From a virus (lineage: Duplodnaviria; Caudoviricetes): a DNA stretch of 64,000 bases. Below the pieces are notes generated by a model. That model worked only from the letters and a program-made list of their open reading frames with translations. It was not told where the DNA came from and did not search any database. Made by a program: the position numbers and the translations under genes. Shown piece after piece: positions 11,394-23,600 of the stretch (positions within the stretch are counted from its first letter, which is position 1; each line of letters begins with the position of its first letter). The stretch lies in the IMG/VR virus record IMGVR_UViG_3300045391_006539; one strand, 5' to 3'.

Positions 11394-12068
11394 CTAGACC
11401 TTCTTCGTTTTCTTGCTCACATGCTCCTTGTGCGGACGGTGTTCCACCCATTTTGTCACACGAAACGTCCCGAACGGCCCGCGTTTCTCGGGTCTGAAGT
11501 CACCGATGCCCACCTGAGTCCCAGCCTCCACGAGTAGTTGCTGGCAGACCTCGGTGCTGATGAGGTCGGTGCTCACCTCGATATCGAACTTGAGGCTCCA
11601 GTTCTCGTACTTGGGTCTGTAACGCATGATGCGACCCTTGGTGGCGGGGATGACCACGGGTCTTGCGTCTACGATGACATCCTTGTCCTTGGCGACCTTG
11701 CTGCCGATGTAGATGGGCAAGGTCCCATCTACCGTCATTATGCGTACGGCGCTCGGTACGAGATAGCGCAAGCTCTTGCGCGTGCCCCTCTGCTTGTGGT
11801 TGCCACCCGTCGTAATCATCGCGTTGACGATGGCGAACGCCGAGATGTAGTGGCTGCCGTCACTAGCGACATTGGCCGCGCTCAGTGCCTCTGCGCGTGT
11901 GTCTCGAATTTGCTTGTGCTTCGCCGTCCGCGTCTCTTTGGGCTGCTCGTTCTCTTCCCGGAAACGTTGGATGAGAAGTGGATTGATACCAGTCACCTCC
12001 ACCGAGATGGACTGGACGTTGGTCGCGCTCAGAATGCCGATGTCGGTTGATTTACGCTTTGCTGCCAT
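11394..12068 (-). CDS. Stand-alone Cas7/RAMP-like RNA-binding protein (Vipr-like)
   Basis: RAMP-like N-terminal strand (ISVEVTGINPLLI), 'RIMRYRPKYENWSLKFDIEV' and a C-terminal G-rich loop (AGTQVGIGDFRPEKRGPFGTFRV). AAGGAG RBS. No other cas genes nearby. Confidence 0.8.
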   Translation of the reverse strand: MAAKRKSTDIGILSATNVQSISVEVTGINPLLIQRFREENEQPKETRTAKHKQIRDTRAEALSAANVASDGSHYISAFAIVNAMITTGGNHKQRGTRKSLRYLVPSAVRIMTVDGTLPIYIGSKVAKDKDVIVDARPVVIPATKGRIMRYRPKYENWSLKFDIEVSTDLISTEVCQQLLVEAGTQVGIGDFRPEKRGPFGTFRVTKWVEHRPHKEHVSKKTKKV

Positions 12069-12451
12069 TGAAAGAATTACTCTCCTTGCTCTGTTTATCC
12101 CCGGTTTTCTCGCGGTCTTTCAGTCTCCTTGAAAGGAGTCGACCAAATGAGAGATAACCAGTTCGGAGGAGAACTATGCAAAGTGAAACCCTGACGCTCA
12201 GATTGAGGAAGTGGTGAGCAAGCCCATCATCCATCAGATGAGGCAGGACAACCTCAACATACATCCCTACTGCGTCTGTGACGAGACGCCTTGCCCGCCG
12301 ACCATGTCGCTCAGCAAGATGTCGCTCGGCAAGCTCAAGGGCCCATTCAACCGGGCGACCTTCTTCGTCTATAAGGCAACTAACGGCCGCTTGTATACAT
12401 ACATGCCCGAGTTCGTGACGTGCGAGCAATGCATCGCGAGGCAGTCCAGTA

Positions 12452-12820
12452 ATGAAACCCGATGACCCCAAGCACGTCGTGCGGATGTTCGAGGACCTCA
12501 GCGACTACCTCGGCTCCGCTCGCGCCATACTCGAGGTGCTCGAGCTCAGGTCCAATCAAGGACTCTTTCCCATCTGTGAGTTCGGTGAGCGAATGGAGGT
12601 CGACCTTCACGCGGCAAATGTCATACGAACACGACTCATGCGATTGAGCAGTACGGCTGAGCAGCGTCAAGGCATCGACATGCTCAGGAAGATGGACGCT
12701 CAGGTGACTGCCGACAGAGAACAGTTTGGCGCTGATGGTAGTTGCCTATTCTGCAAGAAAGACGTGAAGGGTGACCGCACCCATCGCTGTTGGATTGAAT
12801 GGCCCAAGGAGATACCGTGA
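12452..12820 (+). CDS. Hypothetical protein with C-terminal CxxC-HxC Zn motif
   Basis: CLFCKKDVKGDRTHRCW tail; ORF coupled to its neighbours. Confidence 0.55.
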   Translation: MKPDDPKHVVRMFEDLSDYLGSARAILEVLELRSNQGLFPICEFGERMEVDLHAANVIRTRLMRLSSTAEQRQGIDMLRKMDAQVTADREQFGADGSCLFCKKDVKGDRTHRCWIEWPKEIP

Positions 12821-13993
12821 ATAATCGAGTAATGAAGAAGAAAGTCGAGAAGAAGCCCAATACCAAGAAAGTCAAGCCTGCCGCTCCCGTCGAGAAGAGT
12901 CTCTGGGGCGAAGCCGATGATGCCATCGAGCGCATGATGGAAGTCATTGACGGCGACGACCAAGCAGGCGGCAGTGTGCCTCGCAGCATCACCGTTTACT
13001 ACTACCGAGGCATCATCCAGACCTGCGAAGAGCGTATCGAGACCATCCAACAAGAAGCCGAGGATGCAGGAGAGAGTGTGGACGAATGACCATGGACAAA
13101 GACAAAGAGAATGAACTGAGACTCATCGACGAGGCCGTACAGGCCGCGTTCGATGAGATTCTCGGCAGCAACATCATGGCCGATGGTGTATTGCGCAGGA
13201 AGAAGCTGCTCTTCCTCTCAAAGCTGATGACGCAGCTAGCTGTACTCGGTAAGAATATCTGCATCGAGATGCTCGATGCTGGAGAGTCGGCGTGAAGGTC
13301 GAGCTCACGAAACTCCAGAAGACGGAGCGTCGGGCACTCGGAGGTGACAAACATGCCATCGCCGAGGTCGTCTCGGCGCTCCGTCAATATCGAGACGCTT
13401 GCCAGATTCTCGCCCTCGAGTTCAAACGGGTCCATCTGGCCGAGTACAAGACGCCCATCGAGCACGCGCTCATTCGCTTCTCCAATGCCGTCGAGGACAT
13501 CGAAACGGGTGAGCCCTGATGACGAAAGGATACTACTTCGTACCTCAGCCTGCGCCAAATCCGGGTAGGCTGGGTGAGGAATTGCCTATCTCCCATGAAG
13601 CGTATGTGAAGGCGCAGAAGCTCGTGGATGAAGGCTATTCACAAAAGTCGCGTAGATATCGGCAGGTATGGAAGACGTTTGACGAGAAGACGACGTTGAA
13701 GCTCGACCATGAGACCTACGCCGCCTTCCGCGAATTACACCCAGACATTCAGCAGTGGAAGGAGATACGGGAGAGGTGGCAACTGAATCGGCAGAACCCA
13801 AAGAAATGACCGAGAAGCGAAAGGCCGCCATCGAGAACATCCAGTTCCCGCCCAATCGGCCCTTCTACAAGATGGTTTTGAGTCACTTGAAGGAGAATGG
13901 CATCTACGGCTATCCCGACTACGAGGAGGTATTCACGCGTTCTGAGCTCCAGCAGCTCATCGATGAGGCAGAAGAGAAGGAGAAGGACACTAA

Positions 13994-14551
13994 ATGAGCC
14001 TGTCACGTCGAATGAAACGTCGACTGAAGGTAGTGATGCCTCAGTTCGACATGGAGAAGCTCGAGAAGGAGCTCGATGAAAACCTCAGAACCCGCGTTTG
14101 TGGCGAGTGCACGGCTTGCTGCACCGTCATGGGCGTGGAGGAAATCGAGAAGCCGGCAGGCGAGCCCTGTCAGCACATCTGTGACAAGGGGTGCGCCATC
14201 TACGGTTCGCACCCCAAGGCATGCCAGGACTTTCTCTGTGCCTGGAAGACTGGTTTCGATGAGATGGCGAGGAGGCCAGACAAGTCTGGCCTCGTTGGAG
14301 ACATCATGCGCGAGGATAGTCCAGCACATCCAGGCGTCATCTTCAGAGAAGTTTGGCCGGGCGCCTTCGACGAGAACAAGGAGCGTATTGACGAGCTGGC
14401 GTCCAAGGTCGTCGTCTTTCTCGTGCGGGGCAATCTACCTCGCAAGATGCTCGGCCCAGAACATCGGATGGTCGCCATGCGCAAGTACATTGCGCAAATC
14501 AAGGCAGCAGTCGCGAAGGAGAAAGCCAATGAAGAAGGTCATGCTCGGTGA
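13994..14551 (+). CDS. YkgJ-family (CxxCxxCC) cysteine-cluster protein
   Basis: CGECTACC ... KPAGEPCQH ... GCAIY ... PKACQDFLCAW. Confidence 0.8.
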   Translation: MSLSRRMKRRLKVVMPQFDMEKLEKELDENLRTRVCGECTACCTVMGVEEIEKPAGEPCQHICDKGCAIYGSHPKACQDFLCAWKTGFDEMARRPDKSGLVGDIMREDSPAHPGVIFREVWPGAFDENKERIDELASKVVVFLVRGNLPRKMLGPEHRMVAMRKYIAQIKAAVAKEKANEEGHAR

Positions 14552-15481
14552 GTACGAGTACCTGGCATTCAACGACGAGTGCGAACTCGTTTTACCGCTC
14601 AAGGGCCACGGGAGCATCAAGGTCGTAGGCTGGGACATCCCCATGCAATGGGCGGTCGACTCGGCCAACAACCTCTACGGCTCGTTCGATGCTCATGGTG
14701 GGTACCTCAAGCCAACGACACGGGAGGAGCTCTTTAAAGAGATGCGGGATGAGGGAGACTATGGTGGCGAGCAAACGGTTCGCAGTCTACTCGGGTTGAA
14801 GAAGAGCCCTAACCACTGGATGCGAGAGGCCAAGAAGGCCGGGTGGACTCCTCCAGCCAACTTCAAAGAAGATGCTTATGATTGGGAGTGAGGACGCCGA
14901 TGAGGATGACGATAGTGACGGTGATGACGACGTAGAATACGACAGTGGGCCGCTCTGCCGGCACTATGACAACCCCGTCAATTGCACGCTCAAGTGCAAA
15001 CGTTGTGGTCACTCCTGCTTATTCCATCCGAGTTGGCGCTCACCCGAGCCAGATATCTGTGAGTACAAAGGATGTGCGTGTGGTGACTTCATCGACGAAG
15101 ACTAGTTGTGAGTATGAGACCTGGAGGCAGGTCGTGACCGAGCGCGAGCGGGGTGAGTACGTCTTGCATTGCACCTGCAGTGATTGCAGCAGGACTCGTG
15201 CGTTACTCGCGTTCGGGTCTAGGCCCGTGTCTCCAGAACTCCTCGAGCGCTGGAATGCCCTGAATCACGGAATAACAGGAGGGAAGGAGAAGACATAGAT
15301 GACGAAAACAGAATTGCGCGAGGAGTTCTTCGAATGCTCGCCGAGCTCAAAGTGATTGCAGAAAAAACCGTGCCCAGTACCTGGGATGACTATGAAGAGG
15401 ATGCACCTCTCAAGAAGGAGGCCTTCTTCGCCTTCGTAGAATACGTGGGTAGGTTCGGACACTATCCATGATGGTGGGGAA

Positions 15482-15985
15482 GTGAGGCGGCTTCATCACA
15501 TCACACGTCTCGACTATGGGCGGACTCACGCTTGGTGGGTTCGCTTTCAGCGCACGGTAGGTGGCAAGCGCAAGGTCATCGGTACGATGTTCTCTGATGG
15601 CAAGTTCGGAGGTCGAAGCAAGGCTCTCGAGTGTGCCATCCGCTGGCGAGACAAGAACATCGATAGTCATCCACCAGGGCGGCCTCAAGGCGGTGGGCGC
15701 CGACACGCGCCCATTGGACATGCCATCATCTGGATACACCAGAGCGGCAGGCGCTACGACGTCAACGCCTATATCAAAGTCTCGACCGAGGAACGTCTGA
15801 AGCAGTTCCGGGCATCCATCTTGAAATACGGCAAGCGCCGAGCCTGGGACATGGCCGTCAGTTGGGTCTTGGCCGAGCGCAAACGACTACTAAAGAAAGG
15901 AGTACTGGCCGATGAAAGAACCCTTAGAGAATATGGCATTCGTCTGCGACGCGTGCGCGCCAAAGCCAGGGCGATACGCGGGTGA
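15482..15985 (+). CDS. AP2-like DNA-binding protein
   Basis: WWVRF...FSDGKFGGRSKALECAIRWRD plus a second repeat (SILKYGKRRAWDMAVSW); very basic. Confidence 0.6.
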   Translation: MRRLHHITRLDYGRTHAWWVRFQRTVGGKRKVIGTMFSDGKFGGRSKALECAIRWRDKNIDSHPPGRPQGGGRRHAPIGHAIIWIHQSGRRYDVNAYIKVSTEERLKQFRASILKYGKRRAWDMAVSWVLAERKRLLKKGVLADERTLREYGIRLRRVRAKARAIRG

Positions 15986-16277
15986 GAAACCCGAGCGGTT
16001 CGTAGGTAAGAGCGTCCAGCTCGGATTTCCCACTGGCCTGGAAGACGGAGACAAGGAGCACATGTGGGTGTCTGAGGTCGTACTCTGCACGCGCGAGGGT
16101 GTCGAGGAGAGACTAGAGGGCCGCCTCGACAACGACCCCATCATAGTTCACTGGCTCACGTACGGCGATGTCATTGCCTTCGACGGCGAGGAGATAGAAG
16201 ATGTCGATGGTCTGAGCCCTCTCCGAGCCATAATGGCCGAGGGGGTTTCGACCAATGACATCCCATGCGCGGAATAA
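15912..16277 (+). CDS. DUF2314-like protein
   Basis: EHMWV...GRLDNDP...GDVI motif. Confidence 0.55.
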   Translation: MKEPLENMAFVCDACAPKPGRYAGEKPERFVGKSVQLGFPTGLEDGDKEHMWVSEVVLCTREGVEERLEGRLDNDPIIVHWLTYGDVIAFDGEEIEDVDGLSPLRAIMAEGVSTNDIPCAE

Positions 16278-16884
16278 CACCATCGAAGCTCAGATGACCC
16301 TGCTCACCAAACACTGTCTGATGTGCGGGGAGACATTCACCAACTGGCCACATCGCTGCTCGAGTGACGTGGCCAACGAAACCAGCAATATGAAGCTAGA
16401 AGACTGGAAGGTAGGAGACGAATTCACCAGTGCCCAAGGTCAAAAACGCTGGCGTGTCACCGACATAGGCCAACGCGTGCTGATAGCCATAGAGCTCACG
16501 GACCCGGTTGCCAAACGAGACCCGACCTGGCTCCATGGACCACCCTACGCCATCGCCGAACGTGTCTTCGACGAGTACGACCAGGAAGGTATACACAAGT
16601 GTCTTTCACCATCGAAATCGGATTCTGGAGGAGCGGCCCCTGGGTCCTCGCCGCGCGTTCTGAAGGCACGAGCTTCCTGAAGGCGCGGGAGAAGGCCTGG
16701 GAGTACCGCATCCTTCTGCCCAACGTCTGGTGCCGCCTCATCCGCGACGGGGACGTAGAGACGGCGACATGCATGAACCCGCCACTTCGTGTTCGATACA
16801 CGGGTGAGGGGCCACCCAAACCAAGAGCAAAGATGACGGTGGAGGACTATCTCACGGTCTTCCGCTTTTTCTACGGAGCAAACT

Positions 16885-17367
16885 ATGCTGGCCTTTGAAC
16901 ACGTACGTAAAGCCATCGCAGACGAGACCTTCAAGAACAAGTCTTTCGATAGACGCGAGTTCTCCAGACTGCTCTCTTTCATTCCTCTCGAAGAATGGGC
17001 GTCTCTCGGATACAGGCGTTCGGAAGACCCATCGCTCAAGTATGAGCCACACGTCATCAAGGAGTGGAGCCGAGACAACGTCCTCGCCCAGCTCGGGGAA
17101 GACCTCGCCTTTGCCTTCGAGAAGGCGCTCGGTAGGCGGGGCATCTCCTCACACTCCATGTACTGCGTCGTGAAGATGTGGATGTGGATTCTCGAAGAGC
17201 CAGAGCTCTCGAAGTACACACTGGACGAAGATGGAGAGAACAAGTCGCCCAACGATGACTACACCTACTACGGACTGCCCTTCTTCAAAGCGGTTGCCCT
17301 CAAGTTCGGCCTGCCCAATCCCATTGGTGACGACACGGGCAGCGAAGAAAGCTACAGCGACGAATGA
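16885..17367 (+). CDS. Conserved hypothetical phage protein
   Basis: DLAFAFEKALGRRGISS...YGLPFFKAVALKFG motif, recalled from other phage hypotheticals. Confidence 0.55.
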   Translation: MLAFEHVRKAIADETFKNKSFDRREFSRLLSFIPLEEWASLGYRRSEDPSLKYEPHVIKEWSRDNVLAQLGEDLAFAFEKALGRRGISSHSMYCVVKMWMWILEEPELSKYTLDEDGENKSPNDDYTYYGLPFFKAVALKFGLPNPIGDDTGSEESYSDE

Positions 17368-19535
17368 GAGAATCTACCTACTTTCACGCCAGCACCTTGC
17401 AGGCGCAGTATGGCTGGTGGCACTACAAGCACGTCAAACAACGTGGCATGGTGACGACGCCCTACGATGACCCTGGTCATCCCTCTGGGCAATGGACGGT
17501 GGAGCTCACCTGGCTCGGGATGACCGGGCATGAAGACGTCGAGAACGTGCTCGTGGGCGTCGATTTCCTCGCTTCGGAGATTGCCGAGAAGCTCCAGATT
17601 GGTGACGAGCTCATCTTCTTCCAGGCACCGAGTCAGAAGCGCGCTCGCATGACGATTTCCAGCACGCCGGCGAGTATGAACCCGAGGGAAGCCCACGAGG
17701 ACGAAGAGGCCAACGTTCGTCGTGGGCAGATGGCCGTCCTCTCCCAGGAATCTGCGCAGGGAGTGCAGGAGAGGAAGGACTTGCTCCTCGAGATGCGGTC
17801 ACTTCTGCGTCGGATGGCAGATGACTGCATGGCACTTTACGTCAATGCTCACGACCTGCTCGCGAGGCTGAAGGGAAATCCGTCGTTGGTGACGCAGGCC
17901 AATGCCGATGTCTTGGGGATAGACCGAGAGAGTCTCGTTGCGATAGAGGAGCGCCTGCACCGACTGAAACTGGAGCTGAAATGACAACTGAGGTAGGACG
18001 CCTCCGAGAAGCGTTGGACAAGGCCAATGCCCGCGTTGATGGCAAGGAGATGGCGCTCGAGGTACTACGCGTCAAAGTCGAGGACCTGGAGAAGGAGATA
18101 GAGAGGCGCATCGGCAGTGGTGCAGAGCTCCTGGCCGAGATTGGGCGTCTTCGAACGGCTCTCGAGGGGTCCCAGGAGAAAGTCGAAGAGCTGGAGCTCG
18201 CGCTCGAGGCTCGGGAGAAGAGCTGGCGGATGAACGAGGAGAGTGTCCTGCGCCTCCTCGTGAAGACCCAGGTCAGCTTGGCTACGGCCAACACCCGACT
18301 GTTCCAGGTCCTCGGTGGCCCTCATGCCTATCTGGGCGCAGGTCTCGAAGAGTCCATCCGCGCGCATCTCGGAGGAGAGAGGCTCGACACGGACGAAGTT
18401 GCCAATCTCCTCTGCAACATGGCTCGTATGAATGGTCTCACCCTCGTCCACTACAAGCTGGAGGTGTTGAGGCCCGAATGGAGGTGTGGTTCATGCCGAG
18501 ATACAGGATTGTGGGAGAGCGGTATCCAGTGCCCGGCTTGTGGCGGGACGCCGAAGACATGAGTGAGCCCATCCACATTCACTGCCCGACGTGCAAGAAC
18601 GGCTGGGTCTTCCAAGATGCTCGGGGCGGCTACGAGTGCTCCGAGTGCGACCAGCGCTTCCTCATCGATGCGAGCCACCCCAACTCCTACGGTGGTCCAC
18701 AGGGGCCGCTCAGCTGGCTCGAGAAACTGCGCACGTACATCGGTCGAGCCATCCTGCCCGGCAAGCAGTTCGTTCTGGCCAATGAGCGTCCTATCATCAC
18801 GACACACTGGAGAGAGTTGTACTTCGAGGAGTGGCATGGACCCAAAAGCGCAGAAGTGGATGTTGGAAAACTTCCGCATGCCCAAGTCGGTGAGCCCAGC
18901 GGTGTGTCCTTCGTGCCCGTCGGCGTGCCCGTGTCCAGACCCGGGTCTCGCCGACCTTCTCGTCAGTCGAAGAAGACGCCAGGTTGAGGAAGTGCCCATC
19001 TGTGGCTGGGACTCCGAGTGGCGGCACTGCCGTGGCTACTGCAATCGAATCAAACTCACGGAGGACGAACTATGGGAGCTGAACGAGAGCCGACGGAAGA
19101 CGTGAAGACCCGCACTGCCCCGAGTCTGCAAGAGATTCGCCTCGCGGCAATGCAGGAAGACCGCATCGAGCGACGTGCGCGGAAGCGGCGTAGAGTCAGA
19201 GTCGGCTACGCGGCAGCCGCAGCCGCATCGACGTTTTGGGTAATGGCCATGGTCAGCCTGTACATGGAACGACCTTGGCAAGAGATTGCGGCGTTCGTGG
19301 GCATGGCTGCCCTGGTGCTAGTTCTCTACATCGGATGAACAGATATGGAAAACAAGAAAGAAGCAACACTGTGCGCGACGACTCTCTACACCTCGCGCAC
19401 GGAGAAGTATCCCGTCGAAATCAAGTTCCCAGCTGGACTAGGTGACGAAGACCGCAAGCAGATAGACGAGGCGCTGACCAAGACCGTTCGAGAACTCGGC
19501 TTCAACGCCGTGTGGGTTCCGCTCTGGTGAAAAGT

Positions 19536-19563
19536 GGAGGGCCTTCGGGCCCTCCTAGACCCC
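19536..19563 (+). terminator. Terminator hairpin GGAGGGCC-TTCG-GGCCCTCC followed by TAGACCCC
   Basis: Perfect 8-bp stem with a UUCG loop just after the stop of 19345-19530. Confidence 0.75.
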
Positions 19564-19613
19564 ATGTCTTTTTGCTCCGAAAAAGGGAATAACTATCCCG
19601 AAGGAGAAATCAC

Positions 19614-20675
19614 ATGGGAAGACTCACCGTGGCTGACGCCCAGCGCGCCACCGAACTACTGAAGCAAGCGGACCCCGGCATATTTGCGCGGGACGTTACC
19701 AAGGAGATGCTCGTCACCATAGGTCAGCTTCTCTGGTCTCATACGTACAAACTCTCTCAGAACGACTACGACGTCAATCCCAACATCCTCGATTACATCG
19801 AGACAATGGCCATTCATGACCCCGTGAAGGCGCTGATTTTCGGTGAGTCGCTCAAGATTCCCGACCAACAGGTCTCGACCTTTGCGGCTGCACGCTGGGT
19901 CGACCAGGGACTGCCCATCATCCGTCTCGGGCACAAACGCGCTGCCGCCTTCATGGCCACGACCATCGGTGAGGAGAACGTCGAGTTCATCAAGCCGCCA
20001 TTCAAGGCTTTCTACATCGAGATGCCCGACCAGCTGCTCATGCTGACGGGCCACGATGGTGAGCAGGTATCGGTCAAGGGCGTGCTCGTCCACGTCATGA
20101 ACCTCAAGGGCATCCCCATGGAAGATGGGCAAGGAGACGTCTACACCGAGGATGCCGAGCGCTGGCGCTGGATAGCCATCACGGACACCAGTCTCGTTCA
20201 ATGGGAGTTGAACCGCAAGCTCGAAGAGCTCGCTGGCTACAACGTGCGCGAGAACAACTGGGATGGCGTGGGTTTGCCCATCGAGGATTACGACCAGAGA
20301 CTTTCTATGCTCGTTGGACGGCTCATTTGCTCAGTCTGCCTGATGATGAGCAGTCCTGGAGACCTGAAGGTCAAAACGCAGGCAGTGTCCAGGAACAAGA
20401 ATGGAAAACGCCCACTTTCGGATGCGCCGAGTTATCGCATTTTCATGGAGAGCAAGCCCATCTCCATCGACGTGCGCCCAGCCATTCGCAGCTACCTACG
20501 CGGTGACCGAGACAGCCCGAGCGTCCGTCTGCTAGTACGCGGGCATTGGAAGAATCAAGCGCATGGACCTGGCCACTCCTTGCGTAAACACATTCACATC
20601 GAACCCTACTGGCGTGGTGGTGTCGATGGGGACCCCATCATGCAGCGTGTGTACAACGCCGAAGGAGACACCTGA
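19614..20675 (+). CDS. Conserved phage protein with C-terminal VRGHW...IEPYWRG motif
   Basis: The motif VRGHWKNQAHGPGHSLRKHIHIEPYWRG is common in phage hypothetical proteins. It has its own promoter motif and AAGGAG RBS. Confidence 0.7.
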   Translation: MGRLTVADAQRATELLKQADPGIFARDVTKEMLVTIGQLLWSHTYKLSQNDYDVNPNILDYIETMAIHDPVKALIFGESLKIPDQQVSTFAAARWVDQGLPIIRLGHKRAAAFMATTIGEENVEFIKPPFKAFYIEMPDQLLMLTGHDGEQVSVKGVLVHVMNLKGIPMEDGQGDVYTEDAERWRWIAITDTSLVQWELNRKLEELAGYNVRENNWDGVGLPIEDYDQRLSMLVGRLICSVCLMMSSPGDLKVKTQAVSRNKNGKRPLSDAPSYRIFMESKPISIDVRPAIRSYLRGDRDSPSVRLLVRGHWKNQAHGPGHSLRKHIHIEPYWRGGVDGDPIMQRVYNAEGDT

Positions 20676-23600
20676 TGCTCATCCTCCTCAATCTCAACGA
20701 AATCGTGCACGTCAATTTGACGGAACGCGGCGTGGCGGTCTGGAACGAGTATGCCAGCGGACATCCTGGACTGCAGTCCAGCACTCGTGGCTACATTACC
20801 GTCGCACTCCGAGACATCATCGCTGCCTTTGGGTCCTGTATCAATGATGAGTGGCAGTACTTCGAGAACGGCAGTCTCTATGTTGGAAAGGTGCCAGATT
20901 ACAGATGATGTTCAGCAAGCTGAAGTGGTTCTGCAACTGCTGCGGCAAAGAGAAGGAGACCATCCCGCATGCTGCCATCGGCAGGAAGTGGCGTGTCTGC
21001 AGCATGACCTGCTTCCGCGAGATGGAGTGGCGGGACACTCTCTCCATGCTCGGCAAGCCCTACACCCCACAGCCGCGCACTCAACTCATCGAGAACGCGC
21101 GCAAGGACGGCGACCACGAATCGGCGGACGCTCTCCAGTTTGACGAGAGTGGCCGCTGCAACCTTTGTGAAAAGTCCGTCAAGGCAGACCGCAAGCATCG
21201 CTGCTGGTCGAGGAGCATGGCTCTGTGAAGAAACTGCGCTGGAAGTACTGTGAGTGTGGTTGCAAGTGCTACGTCGCACCCGGAACCGCATTCCACATCT
21301 ATTGGGACCTCAAAGACAGCTACTTGCTGTTCGAGGGTCATCACCACGAGAAGGAGGCCAATTTTGGAAGCTACGAAGACGCACAACGAGAAGCCCAGCA
21401 GCGATACGACCAGCGCCGGCGCAGAGACCTGCAAGGCGGAACTTCACATCGGTGATGACTATGGAGACAACCGCGCCACCATGAAGTGTCAGGGGAAACT
21501 CGGGCATGAGGGGAAGCACTTCGAAGACTGGGATAACGAAGACATGATTCAGGATGACAGCATAGCCCACAATTGCCGTGTCGAGTGGGAGGGGGACGAC
21601 CGAAATGCTGGTCTCGGTGCCGGTGCTTTCCTCTACGATTCTCTCGAAGAGTGCATCGAACATGGCTATCACCTGACGGACCACGACGACGATGGGTATT
21701 GCAATGGATGCGGACACCAAGACGGACCCGGAGAGGAGAGTGAATGAATATCTGGCTAGAGCTGGCGATTGAGCAACTCAAAGCGACGGCAGTCATCGGG
21801 CTGGGCATGCATGCTCTGTTCAAAATGGCCTGCGCGTCCATCAAACTCATGGAGCGCATCGGTGAGCGACGAAAAACCAAAAAAGACACCTGAGCAAATC
21901 TTCATGGAGATGATGACCAAGACATGGGCCATCACCGACAAGCTGAACAAGAACGAGAAGCTCACGGACGCAGAGCGCGAGTACGCGCTTCTCGCCATGA
22001 GCCACTACGTCGGCGCGTACCTGCACGACATGGTTTTCAAAGGGAGAGTGATGCCAACGGTCTTGGAGAACGCACAACCGGGCTCTCGCTGACATGGATG
22101 AGAAGACCTTGACCTTCCCCATCATCCAGGAGCGAATCCTGAGCAAGCTCTCTGCCAACCCCGCTCTGCCGCTCACCGAGGCGGAGCGTCAACTCGTGGC
22201 GTTCGGGCTCGAGCGAGTTCGCTTGCTCCTGCAAGATGCTCTACTCTCGGTCAAGGTCTACGACATCGTCCAAGGATGCATGCGTGAGAAAACTGGCTGA
22301 CACGGCTTCGGGCCTTCTCTACCTGCTCGTGTTCTGGGTTTGGGACACCCGGCGCGTGCTGTTCTTCTTTCTGGCAGTCTACATGGCCTACAAACTCGGA
22401 TGGTTTCAATGAGCTACATCGGAGGAAACTTCACATTCGGTTCTTCCAATGCCGGCGACCTCAGGGCCAAGGGTTGGGACGTGGCCATTCACAACGACTA
22501 TCGCCTTCATGGTGTGCGTCATACTTTTTGGCTTCTCACACGGAAGCTCAAGTGCGGCATGACCGTGGCTGTGGTGGGTGAAGGGGATGATGACGATGAC
22601 GCGCTGGACAAGATACGCCAGCACATCATGGACCGCTTGGAGCGTTTCGAGGCGCTCGACGTCGAGTATCTGTTCACGACCGGCGTCCTGGGGAAGAAGA
22701 CATGAGCAATATCTGTAGCGAGTGCCTGGAGGAAGTCGGCGACGATGAGTATCTCCCAGACGAAGATGTCTGCCTCATGTGTCAGAACTTCTTCCTCGAC
22801 GAGGATGTCATGCGCGACGACGAATTCACGGAGAGTCTGCGAGCAAACTCTGCAGTGCCAGAGGGCGTGGACATCGAGCAATGGGAGGCGGAAGACACTG
22901 ATGACGAACATGGAGATGCGTGAACTAGAGGGCAGAGTCTCGGCATTGGAGGAGTTCCTCTACGTGCGCATGGAAGAGACCAAAGACGAAAACCAGATTC
23001 TCGTCAATCGAGAGGCGGTCTACCTCAAACAGGTCCAGAAGCTGATACACAAGTACCGGCGCCTCCAGCACAGCTATGCATTGCAGCTCATCGATGATTG
23101 GCGCTGGGCCATGAACGAGGGCAGCCGAGACGACTTCGAGTCCTTCCTCGATGGTCTACCTCAACAGCCCTCGGATACCACCATCTTCGAGCTCGCCGAG
23201 AAGTTCCAAGCGCATGTCGTAGGGCTCTGCGAGGTCTGTGGGACACGGGCGCCACTCCGAGATGGTCTCGACCCGCACGGGAGTAATAAGTCTGTGAGAC
23301 TCTGTGCTTGGGACACGGGATGCGAAACGGGGGAATGAAATGCTGACAGCGCGCGTCGACAATATCATCATCATCGGACTCACTCCCAATGACATCACGG
23401 GGATGCTGCAGCCCAAGATGGTCCAACACATCAAGGGTGAAGACGTAGGCACGGGTTACGACATCATCGTCATGCTCGACGCAGACCATGAGAACATCGC
23501 CAAGCGCATCGAGAGACAGTTTGGAGTCTCCGTCCCCAGAACACCGAGTGGCACGCTCGAAGATACCGTACCAGAGACTCCACTCGAGTACTACCGCGTA

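Noticed and set aside
10302-11497. Many overlapping Cys/Pro/Ala/Arg-rich ORFs on both strands over the pentamer array
   Set aside because: They are by-products of a stop-poor 5-nt repeat. The 5n+2 periodicity is incompatible with codon-level selection and there are no RBSs.
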